Part shown: one piece after another, positions 29,880 through 32,000 of the stretch
Numbering within the stretch: position 1 is the stretch's first letter
How the letters are laid out: each line of letters starts with the position of its first letter
DNA from: Candidatus Nitrosopumilus koreensis AR1
Lineage (GTDB): Archaea > Thermoproteota > Nitrososphaeria > Nitrososphaerales > Nitrosopumilaceae
Direction of reading: 5' to 3'
Length of the DNA stretch: 32,000 nucleotides
NCBI RefSeq assembly: GCF_000299365.1
Contig: NC_018655.1
Location: 930,001 to 962,000 of the forward strand
Notes under the pieces: model-generated
What the model was told of the DNA's origin: nothing
The model's input: the letters and a program-made list of their open reading frames with translations, nothing else
Databases searched by the model: none
Translations under genes and position numbers: made by a program

Positions 29880-30030
29880 CGCCTGCGTTAGGATCTAATT
29901 TCTTTGCAGGAACATTTCCATGTGCTTTTTTCATATGTCTTTTCAGGCGTTCAGGATCATGTAGTTCTGTACCACACGTATCACATTTTGTTTGGTTATC
30001 CTTGTCCTTGTTACGTTTGAACAAACCCAT
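29863..30030 (-). CDS. 55-aa classical C2H2 zinc-finger protein (below the ORF-track cutoff)
   Basis: MGLFKRNKDKDNQTKCDTCGTELHDPERLKRHMKKAHGNVPAKKLDPNAGDGGTW*. Fits C-x2-C-x3-L-x5-L-x2-H-x4-H exactly. Its 3' end overlaps the next gene's ATG by 17 nt. Confidence 0.55.
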   Translation of the reverse strand: MGLFKRNKDKDNQTKCDTCGTELHDPERLKRHMKKAHGNVPAKKLDPNAGDGGTW

Positions 30031-30084
30031 ATTTTGTTAAAATTTTGAAATACATTATAAAGGATACGTGATTTTGGGAAAAAC

Positions 30085-31224
30085 ATGACGATAAAAAATA
30101 TCACCGTTTTAGGTTCTGGAGTAATGGGACACGGGATTGCACAAGTATCAGCCACTGCAGGATACAATATTGTTCTAAGAGATATCGAGCAAGGATTCTT
30201 GGATAAGGCAATGGAGAAAATAAGATGGAGTTTAGATAAATTAGTTTCAAAGGAAAAAATATCTAAAGAAGAGGCTGATGCAATTTTTGGTAGAATCAAA
30301 CCAGTTGTGGATTTGAAAGAAGCTGTAAAAGATGCAGAGTTAGTAATAGAAGTAGTGCCAGAGATTATGGATTTGAAGAAAAAAGTCTATGCAGAACTAG
30401 ATCAAGTTGCAGCACCAGAAGTCATCTTTGCATCAAACACCAGCACATTGCCAATAACAGAGATTGCAGATACGACATCGAGACCAGACAAATTTATTGG
30501 AATTCATTTCTTCAACCCTCCACAATTAATGAAACTAGTAGAAGTAATTCCAGGTGAGAAAACATCTCAAGAAGTTACTGAACTGACCAAAGATTTTGTA
30601 AAATCAGTTAACAAACAAGCCGTATTATGCAGAAAAGATGTTCCAGGATTTATCATCAATCGATTATTCATCCCAATGGTTCACGAAGCATGTTATGTAA
30701 AAGATAGAACTGGGGCAACTCTTGAAGAGATTGATTCGGCAGTAAAATTCAAGCTAGGATTTCCTATGGGCATCTTTGAATTGGCAGATTTCACAGGCAT
30801 GGATGTAATACATAAAGCAACAGTGGAGATGCATTTGAGAGACAAAAAAGTGATCAATCCACACCCATTAGTTGAAAAAATGTTTGATGAAAAAAAGTTA
30901 GGTCAAAAATCAGGTGAGGGGTATTACAAATATTCAGATGACAAGTATGAAAGAGTTACACTGTCTGAGGAATTGGCACAAAAATGCAACCCAATTCAAC
31001 TTGTTGCCAACATTCTAAACAACGCAGCATGGCTTGTCACAAATGGAGCAAGTGATATTGAAGAGATTGAAAAAGCAGCACAGTTAGGATTAGGTCTAAA
31101 AAAACCATTATTTGAAACAGCAAAAGAGATAGGCATCAAAAATATTGTAGATGAGCTAAACAAACTTGCCAAAGAACACGGAGAGTTTTACAAACCAGAT
31201 CCGTTGTTAGTGTCCATGCAATAA
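30085..31224 (+). CDS. hbd: NAD-dependent 3-hydroxyacyl-CoA (3-hydroxybutyryl-CoA) dehydrogenase
   Basis: Rossmann motif ITVLGSGVMGHGIAQV, HFFNPP motif, C-terminal dimerisation domain plus extension. This family supplies the 3-hydroxybutyryl-CoA dehydrogenase step of the thaumarchaeal 3HP/4HB cycle. Confidence 0.85.
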   Translation: MTIKNITVLGSGVMGHGIAQVSATAGYNIVLRDIEQGFLDKAMEKIRWSLDKLVSKEKISKEEADAIFGRIKPVVDLKEAVKDAELVIEVVPEIMDLKKKVYAELDQVAAPEVIFASNTSTLPITEIADTTSRPDKFIGIHFFNPPQLMKLVEVIPGEKTSQEVTELTKDFVKSVNKQAVLCRKDVPGFIINRLFIPMVHEACYVKDRTGATLEEIDSAVKFKLGFPMGIFELADFTGMDVIHKATVEMHLRDKKVINPHPLVEKMFDEKKLGQKSGEGYYKYSDDKYERVTLSEELAQKCNPIQLVANILNNAAWLVTNGASDIEEIEKAAQLGLGLKKPLFETAKEIGIKNIVDELNKLAKEHGEFYKPDPLLVSMQ

Positions 31225-31476
31225 TTAATGGATTCCCAGATGTTCTTTTATTTTACCTACATCTTCTCCAATCATTGCAATCTGGCTGCTTAGTGCCCAC
31301 ACAGAATTTCTTGACTGAATGTTTTGATTGTTTAGATATTTTACCAAAGTCATGGTAAATTCAGAATTTTTTGTAGTCTCAAGATAGCAGATGATTTCAT
31401 CTATCATTTGAGGAGGCAACCCCTTGTCTAATTTATCAATGAGTTGTTTGCATTCCTCATCATTTTGAATTACCAT
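31225..31476 (-). CDS. hypothetical small protein (83 aa)
   Basis: ORF only; abuts the hbd stop. Confidence 0.5.
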   Translation of the reverse strand: MVIQNDEECKQLIDKLDKGLPPQMIDEIICYLETTKNSEFTMTLVKYLNNQNIQSRNSVWALSSQIAMIGEDVGKIKEHLGIH

Positions 31477-31508
31477 TATACAATATACGAACTTTTGATT
31501 AAAGAAGA

Positions 31509-32000
31509 TTATGGGGAGAGTAATTCCAGAATTTTTTGAACTGCTTCTTGAGGAGTATCTGCTCCAACTATTTTGATATTTTCTCGGTGATCAAGATATC
31601 CATCAATGTATGGATCAACTGAGCTATTCAAATTTCTGATTGCAACCATAGGTTTTTTGTGCATGTATGCAGCACAGGTTTCAGACAAAGTTCCAGAACC
31701 ACCACCTACAATTATCACACCATCAGCAGACAATGCATTAAGAAAATCACGAGCAAGTCCCATCCCAGTTGGAATTACAATATCACAGAACTCGTTTGCT
31801 TCTGAAGGATCATTTTGAGGTATAATTCCAACAGTCAAGCCATTTGCATCTTTAGCACCATGAGCTGCAGCAGTCATTACACCACCTAATCCCCCACAAA
31901 TTAAAACAGAACCAGATTTTGCAATTTCTACTCCTACCTCATATGCAATCTTCTCATGGTTAGGCAAGCATCCCTTGGTATTATTGCCAATAACTAAGAT
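31509..32000 (-). CDS. LOG / TIGR00725-like Rossmann-fold nucleotide-binding protein, 5' end outside the window
   Basis: GGLGGVMTAAAHGA and GGGSGTLSE motifs. The frame stays open upstream of the TTG at 31967 to the window edge (ILVIGNNTKGC...). Confidence 0.7.
   Translation of the reverse strand: MLVIGNNTKGCLPNHEKIAYEVGVEIAKSGSVLICGGLGGVMTAAAHGAKDANGLTVGIIPQNDPSEANEFCDIVIPTGMGLARDFLNALSADGVIIVGGGSGTLSETCAAYMHKKPMVAIRNLNSSVDPYIDGYLDHRENIKIVGADTPQEAVQKILELLSP

Noticed and set aside
29943-30299. 118-aa minus-strand ORF.
   Set aside because: It is antisense to the hbd N-terminus, whose frame carries a strong Rossmann motif. It also overlaps out of frame with the much more convincing C2H2 ORF, and its sequence is low-complexity and hydrophobic.

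Overview
AT-rich archaeal chromosomal segment, best explained as a marine Nitrosopumilus-like thaumarchaeon. Supporting evidence is the 16S sequence, a 16S-23S operon with no spacer tRNA and no linked 5S, a PEFG-type C-terminal sorting signal and very tight gene packing. Content is mostly core housekeeping: an Obg-family GTPase, a CoA-binding protein, BirA, TFB, a phosphoribosyltransferase, USP, MsrA, a methyltransferase, a GSA-aminomutase-family enzyme, a HIT protein, 3-hydroxyacyl-CoA dehydrogenase and the rRNA operon (15951-20554). I found no CRISPR, tRNA, transposase, integrase or recognisable defence genes, and no convincing entirely new multi-gene system. Points worth a second look: (1) A polyhydroxyalkanoate locus has phaE-phaC convergent with an AbrB-domain (PhaR-like) plus phasin-like gene pair and an alpha/beta hydrolase, bracketed by two paralogous Roadblock-like small proteins. 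(2) Three genes, possibly four, are broken or shortened exactly at homopolymer A/T runs, phaE among them. This points to homopolymer sequencing error but could be real pseudogenisation or transcriptional slippage. (3) A 588-aa secreted protein with a PEFG C-terminal anchor carries a 618-nt internal tandem duplication with mosaic identity (294 nt identical, adjacent parts strongly diverged). It lies among three unusually long non-coding spacers that contain a shared 17-nt motif, an 87-nt hairpin and an 18-nt-period direct repeat. (4) Two small zinc-finger ORFs are missing from the ORF track: a canonical C2H2 finger and a PARP-like finger. (5) There is a wHTH / Met-rich transmembrane / GGMD-repeat protein. 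(6) A J-domain-ferredoxin fusion follows a SHOCT-cupin-cupin gene string. (7) A ~37-aa Trp-rich module is shared by two otherwise unrelated secreted proteins. All functional calls come from motif recognition by eye; no database search was run.
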